Of a stretch of DNA of 64,000 nucleotides, positions 37,350-49,639 are shown one piece after another. Position numbers and translations under genes: made by a program. Below the pieces are notes generated by a model, which did no database searches, had not been told where the DNA came from, and saw only the letters and a program-made list of their open reading frames with translations. The DNA comes from Vicugna vicugna. Its lineage: Eukaryota. Numbering within the stretch: position 1 is the first letter of the stretch; every line of letters begins with the position of its first letter. The stretch covers positions 1,072,584 through 1,136,583 of the forward strand of contig MU058451.1 in assembly GCA_013265495.1 (NCBI GenBank). The letters run 5' to 3'.

Positions 37350-37790
37350 TTACATTATCTGTTAGCACCCTAGGGACTTAGTAGTTGCCAATTAGGTGCA
37401 TCTCCAGCTCATAAGGGTTCCTCTTTCTCTGGGAACAGCCAGATATGCAAATATGAACTTCAAGTGTCTATCATCTCTGTGCCCTTAACCTTCCCCTTGG
37501 CCAGGTCATAACTAACTGATATGAGGGAAGATGCATGACCTGGGCTGGATCAATCAGAATCTTTCTCTGGAGCATTTGATCATTAAAATGAAGACATGGA
37601 AAAATGGCAGATCAGTGGAGCTGAGAAACCTTAACAGCAAAACTTTGGAGTGGTGGTCCCTGAATTGCACCAAGTGCCACCCTTCTGGACATTGGGTTGT
37701 TCAGCAAGTCCTTTGATTTTATGAGCTATGATGGCATCTTTCCAATAAAACCCTTCTTCACTTCAGTTACCACACTAGGTGACTGCAAAC
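37350..37790 (+). mobile_element. old ERVL-type solo LTR (LTR16/LTR33-like)
   Basis: GCATGACCTGGGCTGGATCAATCAGAATC motif and a downstream CCAATAAAACCCTT poly(A) signal. Family uncertain. Confidence 0.55.
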
Positions 37791-39099
37791 ATGCAAACCG
37801 ACAAAAAAATTAATACTGGGAAAGTGTTCTCCCTTTGCTCCGGTTGGCCAGATGATTTCTCTTTCCACCAAAACTTGTGAGACTCCCTGAACGTGATCTG
37901 GTCAGCTGGGTTACACAGTTGCTTTCAAACAAGATTTTAAAGAATCAAGGGAAGATTGGGTGTCTGGTTTTAAATAATTTGTTTTCTACCATGGCTTTTA
38001 CTTTAACATCTGATACTTAGAGCAAGTCATTTCTCTATCCTTCTCTTTTCTCCGTCAGTCAACAGAAACAATGGTTTTCCTCTGATTGAACTCACAACCC
38101 ACTTACGAATTTCATAAGAAAAGTGAAACCAACTCTGAATTTACTAGAAGAGCCTAAGGCTTCTGTTCCCTTCTCTAGAAGGTGAGGCGCTTCGAGTATG
38201 TAATCTCTAGGGCGCCTTCTTGGTTAACGTGCTAAATGACTCAGTCACGCTGATCAAAAGAACACAGATAAAATAAATATTAATAGGATATAGAAAAGGT
38301 CAATCACATAGGAAATGCAAAGACATTTCATTATTTTTCAAATGTCCTAAATATTCAAGGATGAAGGAGGAAAACGTCCGTGGAATGATACAAACTTAAT
38401 ACTGCATGACTAAAAGATGTATGTAGAATTTTTAAAAAGTCATATCTCCTTAATACTTCATATGATGAAAAAAATGTTTGATTTGCCTTTAATTTCTGAC
38501 TAGAGTTATTGCTGTAGTTGCTCCAAAGGTTGTGACATATTAAACAGCAGTGCCAATGAACTTTATTCAAAAGGGAAAATGGGAGGAAAACCTCACTCTT
38601 AAGACATTTGCTCATTTTCCCACATCTTTTAAAAGTTTACTACTCTTACTTAACTCATCTTGAGACATTAGTAGTTCTCAAACAATGTGTGGTTCAGAAT
38701 GTTATATGTGGTGGTCCTGGTTAAGCCCCAGAGGCCAGCAATCCCTCTAGTAAAACTGGTATTTCATGAGACTCACAGGACTCAGTGAGCACAGAATCCG
38801 AATTCCCTCTGACTCTAGGGAAAGGGTCAGAATTCAGATCATTTAGATAATGTGAACACAAATAGAAAACAATTGTTACACAATTGGGTCTTAAAATTCA
38901 TTTCAGGGATGCCAGAGGCATGTAATCCTTATTTTCTGAATGTATGGGGAGTTTCATATTAAAACTTCTACACAAAGCAAATTATAACATAAGCCGGTTG
39001 ATCTATATTGACATATTCTCACCTAATTTTAACATAATGATTACATATGTGTGTATAAGGATTGTATACGTATCAGAGTTTGTGTTTATATATACCATA

Positions 39100-39245
39100 A
39101 TAAACTATATTCGATTTCTTGTAATGAACTGTAATAGAAAAGAAACTGAAAAAAATATATATATATGTATGTATATGTATAATTGAACCTCTGCTGTACA
39201 CCTGAAACTAACATTGTAAGTTGACCACACTTCAATAAAAAAATA
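39100..39245 (+). mobile_element. 5'-truncated lineage-specific L1 3' end
   Basis: AACTATATTCGATTTCTTGTAAT...TGCTGTACACCTGAAACTAACATTGTAAGTTGACCACACTTCAATAAAAAAA. Confidence 0.85.
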
Positions 39246-39268
39246 AGAACTTTAGAAAAGGCTGTGTT

Positions 39269-39358
39269 TATGTGTGTGTGTGTGTGTGTGTGTGTGTATA
39301 CACACATATATATATATGTGTGTGTGTGTGTGTATACACACACACATATATATATATA
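39269..39358. repeat. compound microsatellite TA(TG)13TATA(CA)3(TA)5(TG)8TATA(CA)5(TA)6
   Basis: Read directly: 90 bp of uninterrupted pyrimidine-purine alternation. Confidence 0.95.
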
Positions 39359-40429
39359 AATTAAAACTAGCAAAAAATAACCATTTTCTCATAAACAAAA
39401 CACAAAAAGTATTCTCTATTACTCAGTTTCTGGATTACTTTTGTCCTAATTAAATTTTCAGCCCAGAGTAATATACGAAGAAATTATGAAATTGTTTCAA
39501 ATTTTTTGATAATGGGTACATCCTCCCAAAGCACTGAGATTCCAACTTCCCAAAGTAGAAAAGGAATTTTCTTTTCTTTTGTTTCTCGCTTTGTTCTGGT
39601 CAGTCGGATGCTGGGGCAGGATGGGAGAGGAGGACGTTATCATACAATGGAAATTAAGTCTCTGGAGTTGTGGCATACTTGTGGTTATCAAACATGTAAA
39701 CTTTACTTTTGATTCCAAATCCTGCAAACCCCTTTTAGAGCCCACTAGTTCTCCATTATAAACTGGTCATTTAAACTGGCAAAAGCAAAATCACCCTTTG
39801 TATGCTTATGAGAAGGTTTGCAAGCCTCCTCCAAATGCACATGCCGTTCTGCAGAAGGATCCACTACCATTTCCTAGGAACCAGGAATCCTGTGTGCATT
39901 GGGAAAACTCATAGAAACAAAGATCATTTGGAGCTTAATATATGTCTCACATTCAACGATAAAAACACTTATCCTCTTTTGCAACCGCATTTCTCTCTTT
40001 TATGAAATTGTCTGTAAGCCTGTGCTTGTCTAATGTTTACAGCTTGGTTTCTTTTTTCACTTTAAAACAAGGCATTCAGCCAACTTTAAACACTGCCTCC
40101 TTCTAGCCAATTGTCCTTTTCTCTCTGTCAACAGTTTTGTTAAAGGAAAAACACATGACCAAATGCGATGTTTCAAATACCTTTAAAGACAAACTGTAAG
40201 GCTCACTCAAGTCAAGGAGATGATAAATTTCTACTGAGATGGTGGTGATGTTTAACAGATAATCACTGCTGGTTCTTTCCTGGAATAGTGTTCCAAAAAT
40301 TCTTAATTTCCTCCCTGTAGTTTTGGTTGCTGATTTAACCCTTACGCAGTCTTGAATTAAAAATAGGTCAAGGTCATGACCGTTTAATCATTAATTATTA
40401 TAGAAAAGTCATTAAACATTCAAAAAACA

Positions 40430-40655
40430 GCCATTCTTATTACACCGGCCACTATCTAAATCTTCTACAATGCATAATCCCATTTAATCTTCACAACAAT
40501 CTACCTAGGGTAATACTACTATTTTTCTTTTACGATGAAGAAATTGAGGCTCAGAGAAGCTAAGTATCATACGTAAGGTAACTGTCAGCCATTAAGTAGC
40601 ATCATGGCCAAAGTACAACTCAGGCTGCTTAATCCATGTCCTTTAACCAGTACAC
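40430..40655 (-). mobile_element. MIR
   Basis: CATTTAATCTTCACAACAA...TTTACGATGAAGAAATTGAGGCTCAGAGAAGCTAAGT. Confidence 0.8.
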
Positions 40656-41071
40656 GGTGCATGTATTGGGTACACAGATAATGAGCACATGTATTTTAGA
40701 TATAGCTTTGGAAATATGGATATATGTACATGTTTATGTGTACATATATGTATGTATGTATGTACATATGCATGCATGCATCTGTGTATCCATGCTTATA
40801 TTTTTATATTTATTTATATTGCCAGCTTACTATCTAGACAGAAAAAGAGCAAAACACCATATAATAGAGGGGGAGAATATGTAATTGTTAAATTAATAGT
40901 ATAAACAAATGGTTTTCAAATATTTTTCCAGTAAGACATATATGTAAAAAAATACTCTCAACTAAAATTCTACGGCTTAGATAAAAATTAGCCCAAGTAA
41001 TGTCCAATTCCAGCTTGATGGCTCAAATAAAGGCAGGCAAATATGAATGATGGTTTTATAATGTGGATTGA

Positions 41072-41800
41072 TTAGTTCACTTATTTATTCAATAAGCATT
41101 TATTGAGCAAGAGAAATAATGATGAAGAAAAAGAACGTTAAGGCCCCTGCCTTCACAGCGTTAGCCGTCTAGTGGGAAAAACAGACATTAATCAAATAAT
41201 CCCATATGTAAAATTCCAGCCAAAGGCCAGTGCCATAAAGGGAGCCATATGGGGACAAAAGTAGAGGCGCTCGTCGGGAATGTGGGTAAAGCTTCCCTTG
41301 AAGTAGCAATACCTGCGTATCGATCTGAAAGATGAGGAGGCAAAGAGGAGCGGGAGTGGTGCTTCGCATGAGAGGACAGGCTGTTCAGACTCTGGTGGAA
41401 GGGAACAAAGCAAGAGAGAGGCACAGGAGGTCCGTGCGGCTGCGAGGTTCAGGGCCATGTGGGACACTGTGGGGCAGAGAGCACAGTACTAGAGAAGGCA
41501 AGAGACAAATGGAAGTAGCTTCTGACCTGCGGCAATCCACACATATCAATACAAGACCCTGGAAAGGGCGACACATTACATGCAAACATCATATATTGGA
41601 TCCTACTACAACATGCAAGTTGAGAACTGTTAGTATATATAATGATTTCACCAGAATCAGAGAAAGGGCATGCACTCAGTAGGAGGGGGCATTGTCATGA
41701 AGAGAATGGGACTTCAATGGCCTTAAAAGAATGGGTATCCACTAGACAGATGGAGAAGAGGAGAGAAGTGGGGAACCAAAACTGGAGCAAGACCTAGGAG
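41072..41800 (-). mobile_element. L2 3' region, possibly two pieces
   Basis: TATTCAATAAGCATTTATTGAGC..CCCTGCCTTCACAG..TCTAGTGGGAAAAACAGACATTAATCAAATAATC..GATCTGAAAGATGAG. Confidence 0.75.
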
Positions 41801-42544
41801 TGGTCATTTGCTGAACGGAATCAATGCCTTTACTCGGAATGGACTGGTGCTTTTGCAACCTGGCAAATGCCTGTTTGAGGGCTGTTGAAACTCCAGTCTG
41901 CATCTCCTTTGTTCATACTTGGTCTTTGGGACAACTTGTTCCAGCTCATCATATTTAGTTCTGGACAAAATTCTGGCTGCTGGCTAAATCTACCAAACAG
42001 GTCCAATGGTCTTTGTGCATGTGTGTGTTGGGGCAAGGGATTTAGGAAGAGAAGAGCTCAGATTCAAATGGAACTTCCCTAGTACCTCTCAGGAGGGAAC
42101 CCCTTTCCAGATGAATGCACTACACGGAAGGGCCCCAGGGGTGAGGTTGAATGGAACATACAAACAAGGGCAATAATAGAGGACAAGCTATCTCAAGCCA
42201 CTCTGCCAGCAACGGTGCCATAAAGACACCCAGCCATCCCACAGTGCCATATTATTTATAGTACGACAGAATAAAGCTTCCACCTAGAGAAGCCCACTAT
42301 CAAGATCACAGCTATCATACACATTCACTCTCAAGTTTACAAATTGTCTTCAATAACATTCACAATCAACCTGAAGAAACTATTACGTAATGATACATAA
42401 AATTGTGAAAATGATCGTGTACATAAAACACTTTACTCCAGAATGCAGAGAATAATTTTTATGGTCAAACGGTATTTTTTATTTCTTTCTTCTACATCAA
42501 AATTTATAAATACCATTTGTAATTAAAAAGAAAAAGAAAATCTA

Positions 42545-42900
42545 CATGGTTGGCAACAGGGGACTGGCTAAATAAATTATAGTCCACTTGTACAATGGAA
42601 TACTCTGTACCAGCTGCAAAGAATGAAATAGATGTTTATGTGTTGATGTGGAACTAACAACATAGACCATTTAGTTTAAAAAATCAAGATACATAATAGT
42701 GTGTGCAGTCTGGGTCATACATGGCTAGGTATATCTATATTTATGGAAGTGTTCTGAAAAGAACAAGAAATAGCTGAATGGTTATATCTGGGGAGTGGGA
42801 CTGGAGGTTTAGAGCAAAAGGGAGATTCGGTTTTCATTGATCTCTTGTCCTTAAATATTTTTTAACTATGTGCGTAAGTTTTTTAATAATAATAAAAATA
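42545..42900 (+). mobile_element. old L1M 3' UTR fragment
   Basis: CAACAGGGGACTGGCTAAATAAATTATAGTCCAC..TACAATGGAATACT..AAAGAATGA. Confidence 0.75.
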
Positions 42901-43917
42901 AGCTAAGCTAGGTTTCAAATGTTAACTATTTGTTATAAAGACACAGGCAAAAATAATAATGTAAAACCAGAAAGAACTAGGTAGTAACTTGAGTGAAACT
43001 TCCTTGATTATGTTATTGTCTCCTGCTCTCATTTGTCCCAAAGTCTAACTCTATAAGACTCAAAATAAGCACAACAGTATAATTATTGGCAGCCAAAGAC
43101 AAATGCTTTGGTTCGTCCTCCAATTTCTTTTCATGGCTGTCAAATTCCTCCTTTCCAGTTTGCATAGCTGGGCAAATGGTTAGAGATTGGAGATTTTTTT
43201 TTATAAACAAAAATCCTTGCTGGCTATAATTTTCATTTGTTTTTTTATTACTCAGTCTATCCTGAAATAGAACCTCAAATTATTACCCATTTTGTTGTTG
43301 ATATAACTAAAAGTAAATTTCAAACTAATAAACAAATTCTTGAAGACTTTTTTAGTCTTCACTAGATATACCCTCAAGTCACAGAATATTTTGAAATTTG
43401 GTTTCCCAATTTAAAATAGTCATTCAATAGAATGACTGCATCAAATTATCTTAGTCTTTCTAAGTCATGATTCACCTGAAACTCTCATACAAAACTTCAT
43501 GGTGAGCAAATTGGTATGGGCTCAGCTGATCTTACAAACAACTACAAATAAAAAAACAATCTGAGTTTCTGGTCCTCTCTGCCTACCCCAACCTCCAAAT
43601 CCCTCAAATCCACTTGAACCATGTGATATTCTCCAAGTCTTACGAATTACAACATTCTTTTCATCATCTGTTGGTCTCAAAGAGTATAGAGCTTATACAG
43701 AAAATTTACAAAATTCAATTCTTCTGGGACAGACATGACAAATATCCAAAAGTACTTTTACCTTTAAATCACTGCAATCTTCCTATAGCCTAGCTAAATT
43801 CTAATTAAGAGATAACTACACCCAAATCTCTAGCTACATTAATTTATCAAAGATTAGCAACATAGGTGTATTTATTTCTCAAAGTTGTTTGAACTGTACA
43901 CTAAAGACTTGCACATT

Positions 43918-45629
43918 ATCTGAAAGTGAAATTAAGAAAACAATTCCATTTACCTTAGCATCAAGAAAGAATAAAATACCTAGAAATAAATTTAACCAAG
44001 AAAGGGCAAAACTTGTATATTGAAGACTACAAAACACTGTATGAGAAATTAAAGAAGAGATAAATAATACGAAGACATTCCACGTTCCTGGATTGGAAGA
44101 CTTTCTATTGTTAAGATGGTAGCAATCCCTAAACTGATCTTCAGATTCAGTGCAATCCCTATCAAAATTCTAAGTGCCTTTTTTATAGAAATGGACAAGC
44201 TGATCCTAAAATAATATGAAAATGCAAAGGACTCAAAACAGCTAAAACAATCTTGAAAGAGAAGAAAAAAGTTGGAGGACATACACCTCCTGATCTCAAA
44301 ACCTTCTACAAAGCTACAGTAATTGAAACAATGTGGTACTGGCAAAAGATAGACATACAGATCAATGTAATAGAATTGAGAGTTCAGAAATAAGCCCACA
44401 CATCTACGGTCAACTGATTTCCAACAAGAGTGCCAAAACCATTCAATGAGGAAAAAGCAATCTTTTCAAACAAACAGGGCTGAAATGATTGGATACCCAC
44501 ATGAAAAAATTAAAAAAAAAAAGAATTTAGAACCCTATCATACATCACAACTGAAAATTAAAATCAAAGACCTAAATTTAAGAGCTAAAACTATAAACCT
44601 CTTAGAAAAAAAGCATTACAGTAAATCTCTGTAACCTTGAGTTAGCCAAAGATTTCTTAGATGCAATATCAAAAGCATAAAAATTTTGTGCTTTAAAGTG
44701 CATCATCAAGAAAGTGAAAAGACAACCTATGGAAGAGAAGAAAACTTTTGCAAATCATCTGTCTGCTAAGGGACATGTATCTAGACTATGTAAAGAACTG
44801 TCACGATTCAACAATGAAAAGACAATAATCCAATTCAAAAAGGGCCAAGAATCTGAGTAGACATTCTCCAAAGAAATGTACAAATGGTCAATAATCACAT
44901 GAAAGGATGTTTAACATCACTGGTCACTAGGGAAACGTAAATCAAAACTAGAATGAGATACCACTTCCTTTGTACTAGGATGGCTGTAATTTTTTTTTTT
45001 AAGAAAGGAGGAAAGGAACAAGTGCTGATGAGGATGCAGAAAAACTGGAACCTCTTATATTGTGGACGGGAATCCAAATTAATGCAGCCTCTGCGGAAAA
45101 TAGTTTGGCTTTTCCTCAAAAAGTTAACATTTCCATATGACCTAGCACTTCCCACTCCTAGGTACTAACAAGACAAATGAAAACATATGTTCACACAAAA
45201 ACTGGTAAAAGAATGTTCATAGCAGCATTATTGATATGAGCCAAAAAGCAGAAACACCCCCAATGTCCATCAACTGATGAATAACTGTGTAAAAGGTGAT
45301 ATATGCATACAATGGAGTCTTTTTGGCCATAAAAAGGAGGGAAGTACTCATACAAGGTACAGCATGGATGAACCTTGACAATGTCTTGCTCAATGAAAGA
45401 AGCCAGACAGAGAACGTCTCATATTTGAGTGACTCTGTTCCTTTGAAATGTCCAGAACAGACAAATCCATAGACATAGAAAGTAGATTAGTGGTTACCAG
45501 GGGCTGAATTGGGTGTGACCGCTAATGGTCATGGAGTTCCTTTTTAGGGTGATGGTAATCTTTCAAAACCAGATAGTGGTGAATATGACACTAAACTGTA
45601 CACTTTAGTATAGTTAAAATGGTGGGAAA
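43918..45629 (+). mobile_element. 5'-truncated L1MB-type LINE (about 1.7 kb), disabled ORF2 3' part plus 3' UTR
   Basis: 44074-44172 translates to DIPRSWIGRLSIVKMVAIPKLIFRFSAIPIKIL and 44953 onward to MRYHFLCTRMA...QPLRKIVWLFLKKL, both L1 ORF2 motifs. Stops and frameshifts are present. The UTR contains GAAAGTAGATTAGTGGTTACCAGGGG. Confidence 0.95.
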
Positions 45630-46454
45630 AAAGACTTGTGTATTTCACGCTGTAAATGATAACTCAGTAAAGCTAATGTGGGGGAATAAAGGTCAGGAAT
45701 AAAGGCTATTAAGGTGAAGAAAGAGAAGAAAAAGTTCAGCATTCAACTTTATAAACAGAGGCGCCCACAGACATCATTTGGTTTAAATGTACCCGTCAAA
45801 TCTATCACTGATACCATATAGAAGTGGCACAATTCGTGACCATCCGATAGAGCCGTCTATATAAACAAAGAGATGAGAAACAGGAAGGGAGTAGTATGTT
45901 CATACTTTCTATAATAGTCACTTTATGAAATGCTGCCCTTGGAGAACCCATGGCTACCCTGAAAATGATGGATGGAGGTGAATGAATAAGGCTTCATAAA
46001 AATTAAGGTCTTACTTTAAAGACCTCAACCTACAAACAGCCACTCAGCCAGAGAAGGAGCCAGCAGACATGCTGCCTTCCCTGTGGACACCAGCCATACA
46101 GACAGGTGTGCTCTGAAGATCCTTCTCCAGCTCCTGGGCTCTGACCCAGAGGCAACAGCCCCCAAACCCCGAGCAGGCTCACGGCGGGGCAAGAGGAGGC
46201 CTGCAAGACCTTCCACCGAAAGTCTAATCTGTCACCGAGTCCTGGGCAGAGAAAAGACAACAATCTCACAACGAGGCACTTTATCATCAGATGGATCAAA
46301 AATCTGTGAACGGGTGGGTTGCTATTTTCATCCACCCATTCAACAAATGTTTACTGACCCTGCCACGCACCGGGTACTGTGGGGATACAAGGGAACAGTT
46401 ATCTTTGTGTAACATTCTTTTGTGGGTATCAAGAAAAATGCAAAATGACAGGCT

Positions 46455-47038
46455 TCTCCGCTTACAACCTTGTCATGACTCCTCATTTTTCTGAGAACAA
46501 GAGCCAAAGTCCTTACAGTGGCCTCTGAGGCTCCATCTGACCTGAGCCCACTCCCCACCCATGCCACCCCGTTGACCTCTCTGGCCTCACCAACTTTGCT
46601 AGCTCTCTCCCCGCCACGATGGTCAGTGGCCTGTTTCTAATCCTCCCACACACCAAGCATGCCTCCTCCTTTAGACCTTTTCACTAGGAGTTCCATGCCT
46701 TAAAAGGTTTCCCCTGATTTCCTCATGATTCCCACTCTTTACTTCCTTCAAAATTTTGCTTACATTACACCTTTTCAATGAGGCCTACCTACTCTGTCTT
46801 ATTTAAAATTACAACGCACTTGCGCCACTATTTCCTATTCCTCTTACTCTGATCTAATTTTCTTTCTCTTTCTGGGTTCCATTGAAACACACTGTATAAG
46901 TTCCTTATTTATCATGTTTATAGTACTGCCCTACCCGCTACCGTAGGCTCCATGGAGGCAGAGATTTATCTGCACCTGGACTGCTCACTGCTGTCTCTCC
47001 AGCACCTACGACAGCACATGCTCCATAAATATTTATTG
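46455..47038 (+). mobile_element. L2 3' region with its tail interrupted by an L1
   Basis: AAGAGCCAAAGTCCTTACAGTGGCC, CACACCAAGCATGC, GCTCCATGGAGGCAGAGATTT and the tail CTCCATAAATATTTATTG. Confidence 0.85.
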
Positions 47039-47409
47039 ATTATTTTTTTAATTGAAGTAGAGTCAAGTTTACAATGTGTCAATTTCTGGTGTACAGCATA
47101 ATGTTTCGGTCATACATATACATACATATATTCATTTTCATATTCTTTTTCATTATAAGTTACAAGATATTGAATATAGTTCTCTGTGCTGCACAGTAGG
47201 ACCTCGCTATTTATCTACTTTATACATAGTAGTTAGTATTTGCAAATCTTGAACTCCTAATTTATCACTCTTTACCTGCCCCCGCCCCCGCCGGTAACCA
47301 TAGTTTGTTTTTCATGTCTTTGTGTTTATTTCTAGTTTGTAAATAAGTTCACTTATGTCATTTTTTTAGACTCCACATATAAGTGATGTATGGTATTTTT
47401 CTCTGTCTA
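47039..47409 (-). mobile_element. 5'-truncated lineage-specific L1 with perfect 16-bp TSD
   Basis: TTTTTTAATTGAAGTAGAGTC..TTTACAATGTGTCAATTTCTGGTGTACAGCATAATG...TAGACTCCACATATAAGTGAT. TSD CCATAAATATTTATTG at 47023-47038 and 47410-47425. Confidence 0.95.
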
Positions 47410-47929
47410 CCATAAATATTTATTGCATGTACAGAAGAAGTCAACACCAATACCTTTAGAACACTTTCTTTACAAGAAATTCCCCTGGGACTGGCTCTTG
47501 CGGACACTATTTTTGAGCGTCTGAAATCTCAGCTGAAATCCCATGGCACCAGTAACTAGACCCCGCCTCCGCAGCACCCTGTCACTCAGCAGTGGATACC
47601 ATTTCCTGAGATACCTGAACACCACTCAACTGTGCCTCCCATCCCTGCGCCCCCCATTAATACCTGTCAGTGAGCTATGTGGGCGGACAAAAATGATTTC
47701 TACATAAAGTGTTTATTATGTAATGCTCTGTGTTTTCCACAAACAGTCCTAGAGAGACTGGAAACAATGAACTGGAAGAGAGGTGTTTTTACTCTTGTTT
47801 TCCTAAGTCTTCTCTGATTCTTTATAATCCCTGGCATTTCAAGCAGTACACGCAGTCACTTAAAACGTTCATTTCCTCCTCTTGTTCTTATTTCTTTCAC
47901 TCTCAAAAGAAAACAAAGAAGAAAAAGAA

Positions 47930-48340
47930 AAAATAAATCCCTGGTGCTTTACTGCTAAGTCAAGTTTATCCATAACGCATTGTTAAAGTTCCCTTGATTT
48001 TGTTTGTAATTCTTGTCAAATCTCGTACATTCACAGGCCAGGAAAACCTCAGGCCATTTAGTCATGACAGTTTTAATCAACAGAAAAGACTTCATTAAAA
48101 TGCTCATTTAAAAATGTGTGGAAAATGTAAATGGGGATTATCTGTATATGACATGAGATAATCCAGATACAAAATGGGGCTAAATAAGGCACTTTTGTTT
48201 GCCTTCGTACAACAGAACAAAAGCAGTAACTTGGCCGAAAGCAGGTGATGTTTTCTGTTCTTGTCACCAGTTAGGTCGCTTGTACATACGCATTGTCCTG
48301 AACCATTCCAACTAAATCCCATTGATTTGTCTGTAAAATG
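47930..48340. promoter_or_regulatory. candidate enhancer / conserved non-coding element
   Basis: Repeat-free, with CATTGTT, TGACAG and the inverted pair GGATTATCT/AGATAATCC. Confidence 0.3.
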
Positions 48341-49377
48341 GAGAGATTAAGATTAGCCTCTGAGCAATTTATTTACTTTCTAGAGTGAAAAAAATGCAGG
48401 CAACTTCAACCAAAAAGTAAAAATCCCATAAATGCCTTTGTTGTGTTCAAGCCTGAGCTTAATTTCCCAGTCCCGTGGAGTCCAAAATAATGGATGTCAA
48501 TGGACTTAGCACTAAGGAATTGAAACATGACACCTAGTTTACCAAAAAGAAAGAAAGAAAGAAAATCAGTAGAAAGGACAGTTTAAGCTTCAATTTTAAA
48601 TAGATCTTTAAGCAAAATATCAATCTGTTTAGAGTATTCTAAAACAAACATCAGTTATTGACATCTACCCAATACAAATTCAAAGATTTTGCCTCTATGT
48701 GTATATTAACTATAAAAAGTCTGATGAAATGTCCTTGAGTAAAAAGGGCTTTTCTCAATGGGCAAGAAAATTAGAATTGTTTTTTCTGATGAATAAACTT
48801 TCAAAAGCAAATGAGATAGCAAATGTACAAAGTATATATCTGCATTTGAATGAACAGTAATTTTTGGTTAAGAAAAAGAGGAAGCATGAGCTAGCCGAGG
48901 CTGTCATCAATTTTAAGACGGAAATCACTGAATGACCCAAGAAACATTTATTATACCATCTTCCATATTGTACTGGAAATAATGATAAACATCTAAGCTG
49001 TGGTATTGACCAGAAGAACCTATTCCTTGATTTTTTTTTTTTTTAGAATCAATTCACTAATCTTTCAAAAAATATTTTCTGAGTGCCTACTATGTGCTGG
49101 GACTGTGCAAGACGCTAGGTGTTGTAAGGAGTAAAAATGATACTGTCTTTGCCTTGTGGTGTCTACACTTGGTCTACATGTAACTGAACCAATTCCCTTT
49201 ACCTGATGAGCTTAATATACAACCGTAAAGCTGGCTGATCCACAAGAGTCCTCTGTTAAATTCCCTCACCCACTTTTCCTGTAATCCAGCTGGGCAGTCC
49301 TGCGAGTGGCCTGGAAATGATCAGCAGCATCAGCAGGTGCTACACAGGAAACTGAAGACAGAGATTTATCCTCCCAC

Positions 49378-49498
49378 AGAGAAAAAGGAAGGAGGAGGAG
49401 GAACAGGAGAAAGAGGAGGAGAAGGAGGAGAAGGGTGGGGAGGAGGAGGAAGGGAAATGAGACGGGGAGGAAGCCAAGAGGGAGGTGAAGGGACAAGA
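49378..49498. repeat. GA-rich low-complexity (GGA)n-like tract
   Basis: Nearly all purine on the + strand, for example GGAAGGAGGAGGAGGAACAGGAGAAAGAGGAGGAGAAGGAGGAG. Confidence 0.9.
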
Positions 49499-49639
49499 TA
49501 TTTTAGTGGGTGGTTAAGTCTCAGGTCTACCTGAAAACTGGTTAAACAAAACAAAGTTGGTTCCATTTCTACATTTTTTTCTGCTTAGAAAGAAAGTTAA
49601 GAGAGGACCGCATTTTCTTTACCAGGGCACAAGAAGTAT

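Noticed and set aside
41169..41682. Several overlapping ORFs up to 116 aa
   Set aside because: They sit in a GC-richer L2 remnant with no recognisable protein.
44049..44399. 116-aa minus-strand ORF
   Set aside because: Typical antisense reading of L1 ORF2.
49266..49566. Leu-rich, Gly/Glu-rich and Pro-rich ORFs
   Set aside because: Translations of the GA low-complexity tract.
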